64,000 nucleotides of DNA from NCBI RefSeq assembly GCF_009914755.1, contig NC_060934.1, one strand, 5' to 3'. The translations under genes were made by a program, and so were the position numbers. Below, piece after piece: positions 60,939 to 64,000 of the stretch. The notes beneath the pieces were generated by a model, which saw only the letters and a program-made list of their open reading frames with translations, searched no databases and was not told the DNA's origin. Source of the DNA: the human T2T-CHM13v2.0 reference genome, Homo sapiens. The first letter of the stretch is position 1, and every line of letters begins with the position of its first letter.

Positions 60939-63900
60939 CTTGCCCAGTAATTCCTTCTTTTAGCCTTAGCTAGGCCGCTACCTTCTTTGTAAAGTCTTTT
61001 CCAATCTTCATCTTCTCTCTGAGCATTCTTACTTCCTCATGCTTCTTTTCTCAAATAATCTATGCTACTGTTTAAGATCCAGAATCAAAATTGAACAAAA
61101 AAAATGATTTCTAAACTAAAGTCGGCAAAATATTGATAACAAAAAATTAAACTCCCCACATGGTGCATGAGTTTCAATGCACACGTATGGAAAGTAAATT
61201 ACCAATGAAAGAACCTGAGCAATTCTGTAATATATATGTTCGTTATGCAAATAATAACATGTCAGAATTAGTACAGAAAAGTTATTTACCACCTAACTTT
61301 TCACTTGCAGATGAAGTAACTCCACATAAATGGTAAATTTCCTTGATGTACATGCATCAAAATATAAAGACTTTTTTTCTTCTTTTGGAAATCCTGGGAG
61401 ACTGCTAATGTCTTTTCCCCTTGGTCACATTTACAAATGTCAAAAAAAGTAAGTAAACTTATTTTGCAAAACTGAGAATGTTTTCAATGTCAAGCACAAC
61501 CATTTAAAACATGCTGCTGTTTCCCTTTGGACGTTTGACTACAAAATTGAGGCTGAAAATGTCCCACAAGTTTCAAATAAATGACAAGCAGAGTCAATAT
61601 ATTTTTTTTCTTCTGTTATTGAGACTTGAAATCTATTGCTGAATTGAAAAAAAGAAATCAAGATAACTGATCATCAGTTAGGAAAAAATGTTCATCCTAG
61701 TTAATAATACATGTGATATATCTAGTATAGTTATTATTGCATTGTATTGCAACTTAGTGAGGAACATTTCATCCAAGCAAAGGAATTGCAGAGCCCACGT
61801 GAATAGGGACTATGAGTAGACAAGGCAAACAAGGAAACTGTGTAAGAGAAAAAGAAAACATGAATATATTTGAATGGCTTATATATTCCAGGCATTATCA
61901 GGTGCTTTCAATCACCTTATTTAATTTAATCTAGGTTGAGTTTAAATTATTGAAACACAAAATCAATCTATGCAGACTGGGGCCATTGTTATAATTTATG
62001 GGTTAGTATCTGATATCTAAACTCTGCAAATCTAATAATAATGCCTTATTCCCTCATGCCCTGTTTACAAGGAATGGGATGAAACTCAGATTCCCAACTG
62101 CCAGGAAATAGCCACCAGCTGCTGAAGCATAACAACGTTATCTAGATTTAGACGATGATTGCTGCATGCAAGACATATTTGGGGCCTGTCATATAACAAA
62201 GCAGTTGTGTTTGTTTAATTTGTTGGCGGTCTCAGGGTCCCCTTTAGGTGCCTCAGTGAATATGTCACTGGTAGAGACCCCTTTCAATCCAGATGGATGG
62301 GAAATTAACATGTTGTTAATGAATGACATCCATGGTTTAGCAAGAAAGCAACAGCAACAATTCCAAAACAGTGATTTGAAAGAATTATATATTGATTGCT
62401 GGTTGTTAAAGTGGATTTCAATGTACACAATACTAACAACAAAAATCAGTATCTCCTTTCACTTCACAGTGTGCCTTTAAAAACGTCATTCAGTTTTTCG
62501 AAGACTGGCCATTGAATTCAAGACACGTTCCTAATGGTTACTGCCTTAGTTAAGAGTACACAATACAAGTTGGCAGAATAAAGAGCGGAGATTCTAACTA
62601 ACTGTGATGTTTGTGCATTCTGAAATCTATTCATTAAGCTTCTCCTGACAGTGAACTAATAAATGAAGACTACTGAAGCTAACATTGTCTTTTACCCCCA
62701 AGCTCCAAGCCATATGAAAGTGTCAACCCTCAATAAAAAACAAGTTTGTCAATTTTAGCTTCAATATTTTAGTGTGGGGAAGCTAAAATATCCGTAAGAC
62801 AAAAGAGTATTCTTTATTATTAGGCCAGTAAGAAACTAAAGAATTCAATAACTCTGGCTTATTAGGAACTCCAATCATATTATGAAACAGCTCACCACCT
62901 ACCTGGTTCTGTTCTCATGGGTCAAAGTGAGACACTCATCACTTGTCATGGGATTGATGCTATGGATGCTTTTTCTACAAAGCCCTTCTTAACGAAAGGC
63001 ATTATAAAAATACAACTTGTTAGTAAAGAAGCTCTATAATGTCACTCATAATTATGTTTCTACATTATCAGAAAGTTATTTTATCTTCACAATATATCTG
63101 AAATATTGTTGAGTCATAAATAACAGAATTAAGAATGTTTCATATTCAAGAAATACAATAGATCATCAGTTGTTTTTTTATTGTTACAAGTTTCATAAAT
63201 ATGAAAACACATAGTTTTGGGAATTTTTGTTGTTGGTTTGTATATTTTTTGCTATCTCTGGTAGCTTTCTTTAAAGAATTTAAAAGGCCAATCTAATCAC
63301 CCTGAGAAGAAATGTGTTTTATTTTTATCTACTCTACAATTTAAAAATTCCTTCAATTTTTCTCCTGCAAGGGAAGTTTAATGAGCCATATTTGCTTGTT
63401 TCCATGGTATTTCAAAGGAGGATTACTAGCTGAAGCCAAGAAGATGTATACAAAAAAAAAAAAAAAAAAAAAGTAGGGAAATAGCCCTTGCAATGAGACA
63501 GAAACTTTACTTTTCAAATAAATTCCATAGGTTAGTAGTTATTTATAATCTTTAAATCAGTGCCGATCAATTTTCATGTTATTTAAAGATTGATTTTCGC
63601 TCAAAAACAAAAAAAGAATGGTAACAAGAGTACTATCTTATAACATGGTTTGTCACTGCAAGTGCACATATAACCCATCATGATAATGGACCAAAATTCA
63701 ACTCTCTGTACAACTATGGAATACCTAGAAAAACAAGGATGAAGTCCAGCTTGCATTTTCTTAGATCTGGCTGATAGTATGCTGAGTTTGTGTGTGCGTT
63801 ATAGAAAGCATCATTATATTCTGTTATCTCTGAACACTGACACCTGTAAATCCACTCTCACTTGAGGGAGATTTTCCCAGAAGCAATTGGCCAACATATA

Positions 63901-64000
63901 TTGTGTTACTCTCTTTCATCTCCAAAGTACATATTAATGACTTGCCTTTCGATTTTGTTTAAGTATTTTGATGATATCTGATGTTTAAAATACAAAGCAA

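Noticed and set aside
63452-63473. Poly(A) run as a processed-pseudogene tail (also 5670-5695)
   Set aside because: No upstream poly(A) signal with TSD or recognisable mRNA; probably mononucleotide expansions.

Overview
AT-rich, CpG-depleted primate (very probably human) genomic DNA. It is intergenic or deep intronic, and much of it is interspersed repeat. I recognise no host protein-coding exon, RNA gene, CpG island or CRISPR array. The ORF track is almost entirely chance ORFs or Alu/L1/ERV remnants. Main content: (i) a nested stack at 3.4-13.9 kb, where an old L1M hosts a tail-less Alu fragment, a recent ~505-bp tandem duplication, a two-LTR ERVL provirus, a MER2 and a young L1PA2-like insertion; that L1 has a twin-priming inversion and a 19-nt 3' transduction; (ii) an ERVL cluster at 23.4-31.1 kb; (iii) about 17 Alus plus old L1/L2/MIR/MaLR pieces; (iv) three short (115-195 bp) dispersed local duplications; (v) a few repeat-free blocks with enhancer-like motifs. 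I found no new biological system. The most interesting signals are retrotransposition and DNA-repair scars. Subfamily names come from my memory of consensus sequences, and boundaries of old repeats are approximate.
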